A stretch of 30,046 nt of DNA. Source: Pseudomonadota bacterium (lineage in GTDB: Bacteria; Bdellovibrionota_B; Oligoflexia; Oligoflexales; CAIYRB01). A model generated the notes under the pieces. That model was not told where the DNA came from. It was given only the letters and a program-made list of their open reading frames with translations, and made no database searches. Of this stretch, positions 1 to 9,767 are shown piece after piece; position 1 is the stretch's first letter; the number at the start of each line of letters is the position of its first letter. Location: positions 1-30,046 of the forward strand of contig JANOTL010000222.1 in NCBI GenBank assembly GCA_031416315.1. Reading direction: 5' to 3'. Both the position numbers and the translations under genes were made by a program.

Positions 1-66
1 CAAGTTTCGCCCATCGGGAAAACCAAGACGAAGAGAAAGGCAAGCGAAAATGGTTGGGCCGGCAGC

Positions 67-162
67 GCGGAGCACGGACATGCGGCTAGCAGCATGCCGT
101 CAGCGGCAGGCAGAAAGCGGTCGGCGGAGCACGGACCGCGGCATGCCGCAAGCGGTCAGCGG
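67..162. repeat. Mosaic of short direct repeats and palindromes in an intergenic region
   Basis: GCGGAGCACGGAC at 67-79 and 124-136; GCATGCCG at 92-99 and 141-148; GTCAGCGG at 99-106 and 155-162; AAGCGGTC at 115-122 and 150-157; perfect palindrome GCGGCATGCCGC at 138-149. Confidence 0.7.
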
Positions 163-170
163 TTGCGGAT

Positions 171-205
171 CGCGGGACCGTAAACCTACGTCCCGCGCCG
201 TTTTA
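171..205 (+). terminator. Possible intrinsic terminator or stem-loop
   Basis: CGCGGGAC (171-178) pairs with GTCCCGCG (190-197), with an inner GTA/TAC pair. It is followed by CCGTTTT; the T-tract is short and offset. Confidence 0.35.
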
Positions 206-356
206 GACTCCCTCTAAGACCCAGTGACGCTCCTCGTCGAGGTCTCGATGCGATGCGCCGCTTTGCTTTTATCGACTCTCGCCGGCTGCACGGATGATGG
301 ACCGGACGCGCGGCTCGCGAGCTATCTCTGTCTGCCATCGACCAGTCGAGCTCCGG

Positions 357-1349
357 TCAGAGATCCGCTGCGCGCTCTTCGCGCGCTTTCGTCCGGTACT
401 TTTCAACCTTCTTCGTCGACTTTGCCAGCTTCTCGAGGAGGTCTCCGGTGCTGCCGGCACTCTGATTCGGGTCGACGAGGGGATAGCCGTAGCTTATCTC
501 CATCTTGCGCTTGTCGGACTCCTCGAACCGGTAGTGCCCGATCAAGCTGACGAGGCCGAAGCCGCCGAGGACGAGGACCACGCCCATGACGTTGCGGCGC
601 CATGGACGCGTCGTCGGAAAGAGCTCGCGGAGGAGCCACAGGAAGAAGGAAGTGAGCGCGGCGAGGACGAAGATGGCGGGGACGACGGCGCGCAGTGGTG
701 CTCGCCACAGGTTGAATTCCAGCGCCTGATTCACCACAGCGTACAGCGAGGCCCAGACCATCGTCGCCGTGACGACGTTCAGGAGCGGCAGATAGCGAAA
801 TCGTCGCGTGTTCAGCTTCGATAGGAGCGAGGCGAAGAAGGTGACGATGAGGAGGCCGAAGAAAAGGCCCGCGGCGTCGGAGAAAATCTCGGTGGGCCGC
901 TCCGGCGGCCAGTGCTCGGAGAACTGGGCGATGGCGACCGTGCCCGCAAGCGCCAGATAGAGGCCGAGGACGTGCAAGACCGTGGGACCGACGCGGGTCT
1001 CTCCCGCCTCCGGCGCGGAGGGTAAAGCGCCAATCCGCGTGCCGCCGGGCTCCGGGTCGCGGAGGATGAGGTCGATCGCGACGCCGCCGACCCGAAACGA
1101 GCCGTTGGCCTCGAAAACCAGCTCCGCGACCTTGTTCTTGCCGACGAAAGTCCCGTTCTTGCTGCCTAAGTCCTGCAGCAGGACGGCGCCGTCGCCGCTT
1201 TGTTGCAGCATCGCGTGCTTCAAGGAGACCGAAGCCGCTTCGATCACCACGTCGGAGAAAACCGAGCGGCCGAGGCTCGCCGGCAGGCTGCCGAGGCGCA
1301 CGAGCCGGCCGCCCGGGACGTCGTGGACGCGCAGAACGACCGGCGTCAT
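357..1349 (-). CDS. FHA domain-containing inner membrane protein
   Basis: N-terminal FHA motifs LGRS...SVSLKHA...DLGSKNGTFV, followed by about 5 hydrophobic segments. The start overlaps the protease stop (ATGA, 1346-1349). Confidence 0.85.
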   Translation of the reverse strand: MTPVVLRVHDVPGGRLVRLGSLPASLGRSVFSDVVIEAASVSLKHAMLQQSGDGAVLLQDLGSKNGTFVGKNKVAELVFEANGSFRVGGVAIDLILRDPEPGGTRIGALPSAPEAGETRVGPTVLHVLGLYLALAGTVAIAQFSEHWPPERPTEIFSDAAGLFFGLLIVTFFASLLSKLNTRRFRYLPLLNVVTATMVWASLYAVVNQALEFNLWRAPLRAVVPAIFVLAALTSFFLWLLRELFPTTRPWRRNVMGVVLVLGGFGLVSLIGHYRFEESDKRKMEISYGYPLVDPNQSAGSTGDLLEKLAKSTKKVEKYRTKAREERAADL

Positions 1350-2608
1350 GGGTTCGCCTCGATGCCGTCGAGGACCCGGCCGAAGATCGCGGTCAGGCTC
1401 TCACGCGCAAAGGCCGAGTAGTAGCCCGAGACGACGAGCGCGCGCTTTCCCTTCGCGGTCGAGAGCGCGATGAAGTCGAGGTCATAGAGTCCGGCCATTT
1501 TCACGAAGGTATTGAGGCAATAGCGCACTTTCAGGGCCACGCCGTGCGCGTTCACCAGATCGCGCTCGTCGCAGTCGTAGCGCGTCGTCAATTTCTCGTC
1601 GTAACCGCCGTAAGAGTCGCCGAAAGAATGACGGCCGACGAGATTGGCGAATTGCCACGCGTTCAGCTTCTTGTTCTCCAGCACCTCATGGCGTACGCGT
1701 AGCGTCCCGCCATAGCGCTCGTCGGTGATCATCGCGGCGTTGTCGAGGGAACACTCCTCGGCCGTGACGAGCCACTTGTCTTTGGTCCCGTCTTCGGTGG
1801 TGCGCCAACACTTTAGGAACTCGGGCGCGCCGCCGACGGTGAATCCCGGCAGCTTCAGACGTTTCGCCGTATGAGCGGCCGAAAGCTCCGTCGTGAGCCT
1901 CGCCTGCACCGCGAAAAGCTGCGCCTCGATCTCGCGGTCCAGAGAGTTTTCGATGCCCTTTTTCTCGAAGGTCACGGGCGGGCGCTGCATCGTCTCCTTC
2001 AGCTGCGCGAGCGGCACGGCGAAGGCCAGATTCTGGGCGAACAAGAGGACTGCGACGTTGACGCCGATCACCTCGCCGGCCTGGTTCACCGTCGGCCCGC
2101 CGCTCATCCCGGAGTTGAGCGGGATCGACATCTGGATCTTCTCGTACGGGCCCTCGGTGACGATGCCGTTGAAATTGCCCTCGATCACCGATTTGTTGAG
2201 GTCCTCGGGAAGGCCCAAGGAGTAGATCTTCTCACCGACCTTGGGGATTTGCCGCGCGAAGGCGACGCGCCGCGGGAAGGTGCGCGGCACGCGCACGATG
2301 GCTAAGTCGTTCACCGCGTTGACCTGGATGACCTCGGCCTGCAGCGACTCTTTGCCGTCCACGAGGAAGATCTTGTACTTCTCGGGCTCGTGGAGCGCGT
2401 GCGCGACGACGTGGAAATTCGTCGCGACGAGCCCGCCTTCGTCGACGACGAAGCCGCTGCCGTAGGATGCCTTCGACGCCTGCGCATCGGCCGCGGTCTT
2501 GATCTGGTAGACCATCTCGAAGACGCGGTCGATCGGGTCGGGCCCTTCTTCCGCAGAGACGACGGACGGCAGGGTCATTGCTAAGAGAAGGATGATCCAG
2601 GCGAGCAT
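1346..2608 (-). CDS. Exported trypsin-like (S1C/HtrA-type) serine protease, without PDZ, with an unknown C-terminal domain
   Basis: GSGFVV, ATNFHVV (His), NDLAIV (Asp), NSGMSGGP (Ser). Start reset to ATG 2608 (MLAWIILLLAMTLPSVVSA signal peptide), just after the upstream stop at 2637; the ORF-track extension to 2818 is an overlap artefact. Confidence 0.85.
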   Translation of the reverse strand: MLAWIILLLAMTLPSVVSAEEGPDPIDRVFEMVYQIKTAADAQASKASYGSGFVVDEGGLVATNFHVVAHALHEPEKYKIFLVDGKESLQAEVIQVNAVNDLAIVRVPRTFPRRVAFARQIPKVGEKIYSLGLPEDLNKSVIEGNFNGIVTEGPYEKIQMSIPLNSGMSGGPTVNQAGEVIGVNVAVLLFAQNLAFAVPLAQLKETMQRPPVTFEKKGIENSLDREIEAQLFAVQARLTTELSAAHTAKRLKLPGFTVGGAPEFLKCWRTTEDGTKDKWLVTAEECSLDNAAMITDERYGGTLRVRHEVLENKKLNAWQFANLVGRHSFGDSYGGYDEKLTTRYDCDERDLVNAHGVALKVRYCLNTFVKMAGLYDLDFIALSTAKGKRALVVSGYYSAFARESLTAIFGRVLDGIEANP

Positions 2609-2636
2609 GAGGAGGATTCTAGCACGAACTCTGACC

Positions 2637-3914
2637 TCACGGGCCCGCAAGCTTCTTGTAGAGATCCGAAGGATGCTTGCCCTGCTCGTAGCGCTGCACG
2701 ATGCCGCCGGACGCGAAGCCGGGGCGCACTGCGCGGTTTTCCTGGCCGGCGCCGCCGATCCGGGTCTGGTCGTACGGGTGGAACGAGAAGATCTTGTCGG
2801 AGCCCCAGATGTCGCCATAGAGGACGGCCTGCGGCTCGAAGTCGTTGATGATGCGGCCGGCGTCCTGGTGGCAGCGCATGCAGGACTTGTCGGAGACCTC
2901 GATCATGCCGGCAAAGTTATTGGTCGGCACGATGGAGAACTTCGCCGAGGTCGTCGGCATGTAGTTCTTCAGGTTGCCGCTCGTCTTCCAGGCTTCGCCG
3001 TAGGCCGAGACGAAAGCGGTCTCGGTCAGAAGCTCACGGACCAAGCTCTCGTCGCCGAAGTCCGGCAGCGTGTCCGTGGCGCCTTCGAGCTCGACGATGT
3101 TGTTGAAATCGGGCGAGCCCTTGGACTTCGCTTGCAGCGTCGCGTTGTTCTCCAGGCTGTCGACGACCAACTTCAGGCTCGCGGTCGAGGCCCAGTTGGA
3201 GCGCTTCGCCTTGATCGCGGCCGCGAGGCCCGTAGCGGTGGCGAACGGGCGGTAGGAGTTCGCCGCCCAGCCGTCGAGGAAACGGGTGCGCGTGCGGAGC
3301 TCCACGGTATGGAGCGCGCCGGCGGAGTCTTTCACCATGAGGACTTCGCCAAGGACGGTGCCTTTCGGATACATCCACGTCCAGCGGTGCAGGCCGAGGC
3401 CTCCCAGCTGGCTGTTGTCGTCGACGGTCGAGTACACGACGGGCAGGGTCTTGCCGTCCGCGCCTTCCGGCAGCCAGATAAAGTTGGAGACGAAGACGTT
3501 CGTCGCCTCGTCGATGCCGGCAGTGTGGCCGAAGGGGAAGGACCAGGTCTCGCCGTCGTCGCTGAAGAGGCGCTTGCCCTCGGGGACGATGAGGCTCTTG
3601 CCTTCGTTGTTGAAGCGCGCACCGATCGGCGTATAAGAGCCGTCGCCGACCGAGTCTTGATAGGCGGGCTTCATGACTTCCTTGTCGTACCACAAGGTGC
3701 GCGACGAGCTCAGGATCGCCTGGAGCGCCGGGTAGGCGACCTTCGGCGCGGCCTTCCGGTATTTGTCGAGCATCGCGGCGCCGAGAAGCTGCTGCGGCTC
3801 GGCGTAGGACGCGGCGCCCTCGGCTTCGAGCGTGGCGACGTCGTCGATCTCGGCGCGGCAGCCAGAGAGAGCGACGAGAGCAGCGGCAGCAACGAGGACA
3901 TGATGGCGACGCAT
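2637..3914 (-). CDS. Lipoprotein with a single heme c motif (distantly SO2930/HNE_0200-family-like)
   Basis: Lipobox LSGC; CxxCH in SCMRCHQ; segments LFSD, IWLPEG, YPKGTVL and ELR recall the SO2930 family (by eye). RBS GAGGTGGAG upstream. Confidence 0.7.
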   Translation of the reverse strand: MRRHHVLVAAAALVALSGCRAEIDDVATLEAEGAASYAEPQQLLGAAMLDKYRKAAPKVAYPALQAILSSSRTLWYDKEVMKPAYQDSVGDGSYTPIGARFNNEGKSLIVPEGKRLFSDDGETWSFPFGHTAGIDEATNVFVSNFIWLPEGADGKTLPVVYSTVDDNSQLGGLGLHRWTWMYPKGTVLGEVLMVKDSAGALHTVELRTRTRFLDGWAANSYRPFATATGLAAAIKAKRSNWASTASLKLVVDSLENNATLQAKSKGSPDFNNIVELEGATDTLPDFGDESLVRELLTETAFVSAYGEAWKTSGNLKNYMPTTSAKFSIVPTNNFAGMIEVSDKSCMRCHQDAGRIINDFEPQAVLYGDIWGSDKIFSFHPYDQTRIGGAGQENRAVRPGFASGGIVQRYEQGKHPSDLYKKLAGP

Positions 3915-3950
3915 CGTGAAAACTCCACCTCTTAGGGATAAGGAGAGAAG

Positions 3951-3966
3951 AGCAAGTCTCAGGCCA
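3951..3966 (-). promoter_or_regulatory. sigma54 (-24/-12) promoter for the leftward operon
   Basis: Minus strand reads TGGCCTGAGACTTGCT = GG-N10-GC with TTGC, about 36 nt upstream of the ATG at 3914. Confidence 0.65.
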
Positions 3967-4121
3967 GCGTACCGGCGCGGGAGTTTCGCCGGCTTACGGT
4001 CGCAAGCCGCGGCGGAGTGTCCAGGGAGCCGTTGACGGCGACCAAATCGTCGACGCTATTTTGAGGGCCCCGCGTCGGCGCAAGTCCCCGTTCCAACCCG
4101 GAAACCCTTGCGCCCCAGGCT

Positions 4122-4137
4122 TGGCGCCGGTCTTGCA
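4122..4137 (+). promoter_or_regulatory. sigma54 (-24/-12) promoter for the rightward operon
   Basis: TGGCGCCGGTCTTGCA = GG-N10-GC with TTGCA, about 40 nt upstream of the ATG at 4177. Confidence 0.7.
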
Positions 4138-4176
4138 AAGTCTCTCGCATCTGGAACCCAGTCGAGGCTCAATCCC

Positions 4177-4998
4177 ATGTCGAAGTGGAATATCCTGCTG
4201 CTCACGTCGGTTCTCGTCCTTTCTGCCTGCACCAGCGCACGTAGGGCGACGACGGAGCAACCGGGCGCGCCGAAGCCGGGCCAGCAAGCCTCGGGCAACA
4301 ACGGCACCGTGCCGATCGTCCTCGACGAGCAGGCGCTGAAGAGCAAGTACGCGCTCGACACGGCGAACCTCTCCTACAAGTTCAGTTATTTGAGCACGGC
4401 GCGCGGCGACAAGATCACCTTCACCGCCGGCAAGGCGACCCTCACCTTCTCGAACCTCGAGAACGGCAAGGTCGGCGACCTCACCCTCGAAATTCTCGAG
4501 AGCAACGTGTCGAAGCTCAAGGGCGTGATCAAGAACCTGACGCTGAACCCTGGCCAGAACCACGTGCAGATGACGCTCTCCCCGACCGCCGGCGCGAGCG
4601 GCGCGGTCGGCGACTTGACCATCGACGTCACGGTCGAAGGCTCGGTCGGCGGCAACGGCAACAACAGCGGCAACAACGGCGGCGGCAACGGCGGCGGCAA
4701 CGGCGGCGGCAACGGCGGCGGCAACGGCGGCGCGACCCTGCCGACGAACCCGAACCCGAGCGCGGTCTCCTTCGCTCGCGACGTGAAGCCCTTGACCGAG
4801 AAATTCTGCGCCGAGTGCCACCACGCCGGCAAAGCGGTGAACCTGGTCGACTACCCCGGCGCCAACAACGGCGCGATGATCGACAAGGTGATCGCGACCG
4901 CCTCCGCCGGCACGATGCCCCCCTCCCCGCGCGACAAGATGCCGGCGGACGCGATCGAGAAGATCCGCAAATGGAAAGCCGAAGGCTTGAATCCGTAA
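4177..4998 (+). CDS. Lipoprotein with a beta-rich N-domain, Gly/Asn linker and C-terminal monoheme cytochrome c domain (planctomycete cytochrome c-like)
   Basis: MSKWNILLLTSVLVLSAC lipoprotein signal (start reset to ATG 4177); VSFARDVKPL..CAECHH and a distal MPP (Met axial ligand) motif, ending IRKW..EG. Confidence 0.8.
   Translation: MSKWNILLLTSVLVLSACTSARRATTEQPGAPKPGQQASGNNGTVPIVLDEQALKSKYALDTANLSYKFSYLSTARGDKITFTAGKATLTFSNLENGKVGDLTLEILESNVSKLKGVIKNLTLNPGQNHVQMTLSPTAGASGAVGDLTIDVTVEGSVGGNGNNSGNNGGGNGGGNGGGNGGGNGGATLPTNPNPSAVSFARDVKPLTEKFCAECHHAGKAVNLVDYPGANNGAMIDKVIATASAGTMPPSPRDKMPADAIEKIRKWKAEGLNP
4675..4731 (+). repeat. Coding tandem repeat (AACGGCGGCGGC) x4.75 encoding an NGGG linker
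   Basis: Perfect 12-nt units start at 4675, 4687, 4699 and 4711, with a partial unit at 4723. Confidence 0.9.
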
Positions 4999-5056
4999 AC
5001 GCGAAGAGTGCCGGGTTCGAGAGACGCACGCGACCAGAGCCTTAGAGGAAATCACG

Positions 5057-5812
5057 ATGCAACGCCGCAAATTCTTCCAACTCGTCGCCTCCGCCAGCGC
5101 CTCTTACATGGTGCTCCAGATCACGGGCTGCGGCTCCGCGGACGACGGCGTGGCGCGCGTCACGATCGCCGATGGCGACTCGGTCGTCATGTACGACATC
5201 GACATGGAAGGCTGGAGCACCCTCGGTAGCGGCTTCCTCGGCGGCACGGGCGTCCTCGCGGCGACGAAGATCCAGGACGCGAAGGAAATCACGCTCGACT
5301 ACGAGCAAGATCCGCACGGCCACAAGTTCACGCTGACGCGCGAGCACTTCCTGATGCTCCGTCGCGGCGAGAAGATCTCCGTCCTGACGTCGGAAGCCCA
5401 GGGTCACCACCACGAAGTCCGAATCGACCCGAAGAACAAGGTTCAAGGCAGCCAAGGCGTGACGATGCCGGTGAACCCAGACGCGGCGGGAGTCGATGCA
5501 ACCGGCGGCGAGAAAATGTACGCGGCGCTGGAGTCGAAGGATCCGTCGAAGCTTTACGTGGCGGGCTCTGCGGAGATGGATGAGGCGTCGATGCAGTATT
5601 GCGCCGAAACCAAGGCGAAGTGCGAGGCCGATGCGAGCCTCTGGAGATCGATGCGCCGGCATGCCGCGCGCCAGGACAAGCAGATCTTTGCGTCCGACGA
5701 CGTGTTGAGCTTCGGCGCGAGCTCGAAGGAGCAGCCGGTCTCCGTGCGCGGCAAGCGCAAGTCGGACTCGAAGGTCCTGACGTTTCTGATGAAGTTGGTT
5801 TCGCCGACCTGA
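5057..5812 (+). CDS. Tat-exported lipoprotein with His-rich putative metal-binding motifs
   Basis: MQRRKFF twin-arginine signal, lipobox ITGC, motifs PHGHKF and GHHHEV; RBS AGAGGA. Confidence 0.75.
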   Translation: MQRRKFFQLVASASASYMVLQITGCGSADDGVARVTIADGDSVVMYDIDMEGWSTLGSGFLGGTGVLAATKIQDAKEITLDYEQDPHGHKFTLTREHFLMLRRGEKISVLTSEAQGHHHEVRIDPKNKVQGSQGVTMPVNPDAAGVDATGGEKMYAALESKDPSKLYVAGSAEMDEASMQYCAETKAKCEADASLWRSMRRHAARQDKQIFASDDVLSFGASSKEQPVSVRGKRKSDSKVLTFLMKLVSPT

Positions 5813-5873
5813 AGTCGTCCGCCCTTAGCGCCCGCATTCATTCAGCTTCACGCCGCCAACTCGAGAACCCGAG

Positions 5874-6359
5874 CTAAGGCTTCGCCACCATCTCCAGCTT
5901 CCACTCCGTCTCCGCCGCGAGCCCGTCCGTCCAAGTCACCGCCTCGATCGTCATCACCGCCGCATGCGCGGTCCCGAGACTCACCGGACGGCCCGCCAGC
6001 CGGCTCGCCGCCTCTGAGAACCCCGGATTGTGGCCGACGATCATCACAGTCGAGTGCGTCGTCGCGTTGATGTTGGACAACAAGTCGGCGATCGCCTCGA
6101 GACCCGACAGGTAAAGCTTCGCGTTCTTGGTGTACGCGATCCCGCCCATTCCCTCGAGGACGCCTTCCGTGGTCTCGAGCGCACGGCGCGCGTCGCTCGT
6201 GACGACGTGCGTCGGGCGCAAGTCGAGCGCGACCAGCTTCGCCGCCGTAGCGTGCGCCTCGGCCATGCCCTTTTTCGTCAGCCGGCGCGCGTGGTCCGAG
6301 CCGGCCGCCTGGGGCTCGGCCTCGGCGTGCCGCAAGATGATGAGCCGAAGAACCGCCAC
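5874..6359 (-). CDS. sixA: SixA-like phosphohistidine phosphatase (histidine phosphatase superfamily)
   Basis: LIILRHAEA, RRLT..G, SDARRALET, VMIVGHNPG. Confidence 0.85.
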   Translation of the reverse strand: MAVLRLIILRHAEAEPQAAGSDHARRLTKKGMAEAHATAAKLVALDLRPTHVVTSDARRALETTEGVLEGMGGIAYTKNAKLYLSGLEAIADLLSNINATTHSTVMIVGHNPGFSEAASRLAGRPVSLGTAHAAVMTIEAVTWTDGLAAETEWKLEMVAKP

Positions 6360-6368
6360 CGGTCGCTC

Positions 6369-6974
6369 TCAGTGCGAATGCATGTGCGGGGCGTCGCTCG
6401 CGATGAGGTCGTCGCCGCGCGGATTTTTGTCGGTCGTGAAGTGCTTGTCGTTCTCTTCCTTCACGCTCGTCACGCCGCCGCGAAGCTCCTGGCGGTCGGC
6501 CAGGTAGTCCTTGGTGTAGACCCACTTCTCGCCCGGGCCGCCGACCATGGCGAACTCGGGGCCTAGGCGGATGGCGTCGACGGGGCAGGCTTCCTCGCAG
6601 AAGCCGCAGAAGACGCAGCGCAGGATGTCGATCTCGAAGCGCACCGGGAACTTCTCGACCTCGTTGGTCGGATGCTCGCCGGCCTCGATGTGGATGCATT
6701 GCGCCGGGCAAGCCGTCGCGCAGAGGAAACAGGCCGTGCACCGCACCTGGCCGTCTTCGCGCCGGGTGAGGAAGTGCTTGCCCTTGAAGCGCTCGCCGTA
6801 GGTCGCCGGCTCTTCCGGCCACTCCAGGGTGTTGGTCTTCTCGCGTCCCGTGATCTGGACGAAGAAGATCTGCAGGGTCTTCTTCATGCCGCTCGAGATC
6901 GTCGACAGATAGCCCCAGGCCATCGTGAAGAGGTTCGTGTCGTTCGGCGGAAGCGCGACTTTGATGACGCCCAT
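6369..6974 (-). CDS. nuoI: NADH-quinone oxidoreductase subunit I
   Basis: RFKGKH, CTACFLCATACP and CVFCGFCEEACPVDAI (two 4Fe-4S motifs). Confidence 0.95.
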   Translation of the reverse strand: MGVIKVALPPNDTNLFTMAWGYLSTISSGMKKTLQIFFVQITGREKTNTLEWPEEPATYGERFKGKHFLTRREDGQVRCTACFLCATACPAQCIHIEAGEHPTNEVEKFPVRFEIDILRCVFCGFCEEACPVDAIRLGPEFAMVGGPGEKWVYTKDYLADRQELRGGVTSVKEENDKHFTTDKNPRGDDLIASDAPHMHSH

Positions 6975-6991
6975 CGTAGAGAGACCTTCCG

Positions 6992-8503
6992 TCAGTGCGC
7001 GCGCGTCAGGACGTCCGCGAGCGCCGCGACCGTCTCGGTCACGTCGCGCGCGTCATCGACGGCGCTGGGGAACGGGGCAAAGAGCTCGCCGACCTTCCCT
7101 TGATAATTGAGGAACGTGCCCTTTTTCTCGGTGTAGCCCTTCATCGGGATGGCATGGGCTATGCCCTTCATCCCGAAGACGTCCCCGTTCAAGGTCCAGA
7201 GCGACACATAGTCCAGCTCGGAGAGGCTCGTGAGCTGCGCCGTTAGGCTCGGGTACTGGAACGCCACCTCGGGCGCGAGCGCGATGACGAGCTTGTTGCC
7301 ACCCTTCGCCAGCTCGCCGAAGCCGTTCTTCACGTCGCCGCTCAGGCCGACCGCCTTCAGCGCGTCGGACAGGCCCTTGGTGTTCGGGTTGTGGTCGCCG
7401 CGGTAGAGGAGGCCGTCGAACTCGTCGATCTTCTCCGTCGGCTCGCGCCACTGGAAGACCTTCTTCACGCCGAGCTTCTTCACGAAGAACTCGAAGAACG
7501 CTTTGTACTCCTCGTTCGTGTACTGCGGCGACACGAGGAGGGCTAAGTCCTTGGCCGCGTCGACCGAGGCGAGCTTGGTCGCCAAGGCGGCGATCGCTTC
7601 GTCGAAGCTGGCGCGGCGGCGCGGCGAGCCCTTGACGCCGTCCGAGACGATGCCGAAGCGCAGGCGCACTTCCTGGTTCAGATGCTTGTAGGTGTGGCGG
7701 CCCTTGTCGCACATCCAGTGGCCGTTGACAGCGGATTCCCGCGGCTTGACGCGGAAATACGTGCGCACCTCGGGCTTGCCGTGGACGTTGACGTGGCAGC
7801 CGGTCGAGCAGCCCGGGCAGATCGCCGGCTGCTCCTTCAGGAACCAGACGCGCTGCTTGAAACGGAAGTCCTTCGAGGTGAAGGCGCCGACCGGGCAGAT
7901 GTCGACCAGGTTCGTCTGGTAGTTGTGCGTGATCTTGCGGTCCGGGTACGTCCCGACGATGGCGCGGTCGCCGCGGTTGAAGATGCCGAGCGCGCCCGTC
8001 TTCGTCACTTCGCCCTCGAAGCGGACGCAGCGGTCGCAAAGGATGCAGCGCTCGGTGTCGAGGACGAGGTCGTCGCCGATCGCAAGCGCCTTCGGCTTCA
8101 GGACCTTCGGCCGCTCCATCTGGCTCTTGTACTTGCCGACTTCCATGTAGAAGTCCTGCAGTTTGCACTCACCGGCTTGGTCGCAGATGGGGCAGTCGAG
8201 CGGATGGTTGATGAGGTGGAACTCGAGCGCCCATTTGTGCGCCTCCTTCACCTCCGGGATCTGCGTGTAGACCTTCATGCCGGGGGACGGCGTCAGGTTG
8301 CAGGCGATCTCGAGCTTCGGCCGGCCCTCGACCTTCACCATGCAGAACCGGCAGACCCCGGCGATGGAAAGGCCCGGATGCCAGCAGAAGTGCGGGATGT
8401 AGACGCCGTTTTTCGCGGCGGCCTCCATCACCGTCATCCCTTTGGGGACGGTCAATTCCTTGTCGTTCATCAGGAACGTAATGGTAGGCGTAGGTTCCGC
8501 CAT
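6992..8503 (-). CDS. nuoG: NADH-quinone oxidoreductase subunit G (short form)
   Basis: IPHFCWH..CRFC..C, HPLDCPICDQAGEC, CILCDRC..CPVGA, CPGCSTGC..MCDKGR. Start is ATG 8503 or GTG 8512. Confidence 0.92.
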   Translation of the reverse strand: MAEPTPTITFLMNDKELTVPKGMTVMEAAAKNGVYIPHFCWHPGLSIAGVCRFCMVKVEGRPKLEIACNLTPSPGMKVYTQIPEVKEAHKWALEFHLINHPLDCPICDQAGECKLQDFYMEVGKYKSQMERPKVLKPKALAIGDDLVLDTERCILCDRCVRFEGEVTKTGALGIFNRGDRAIVGTYPDRKITHNYQTNLVDICPVGAFTSKDFRFKQRVWFLKEQPAICPGCSTGCHVNVHGKPEVRTYFRVKPRESAVNGHWMCDKGRHTYKHLNQEVRLRFGIVSDGVKGSPRRRASFDEAIAALATKLASVDAAKDLALLVSPQYTNEEYKAFFEFFVKKLGVKKVFQWREPTEKIDEFDGLLYRGDHNPNTKGLSDALKAVGLSGDVKNGFGELAKGGNKLVIALAPEVAFQYPSLTAQLTSLSELDYVSLWTLNGDVFGMKGIAHAIPMKGYTEKKGTFLNYQGKVGELFAPFPSAVDDARDVTETVAALADVLTRAH

Positions 8504-8504
8504 C

Positions 8505-9759
<1,255 letters not shown>

Positions 9760-9767
<8 letters not shown>

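Noticed and set aside
67..162. Possible CRISPR array
   Set aside because: Only two 13-nt copies, no regular repeat-spacer structure and no cas genes.
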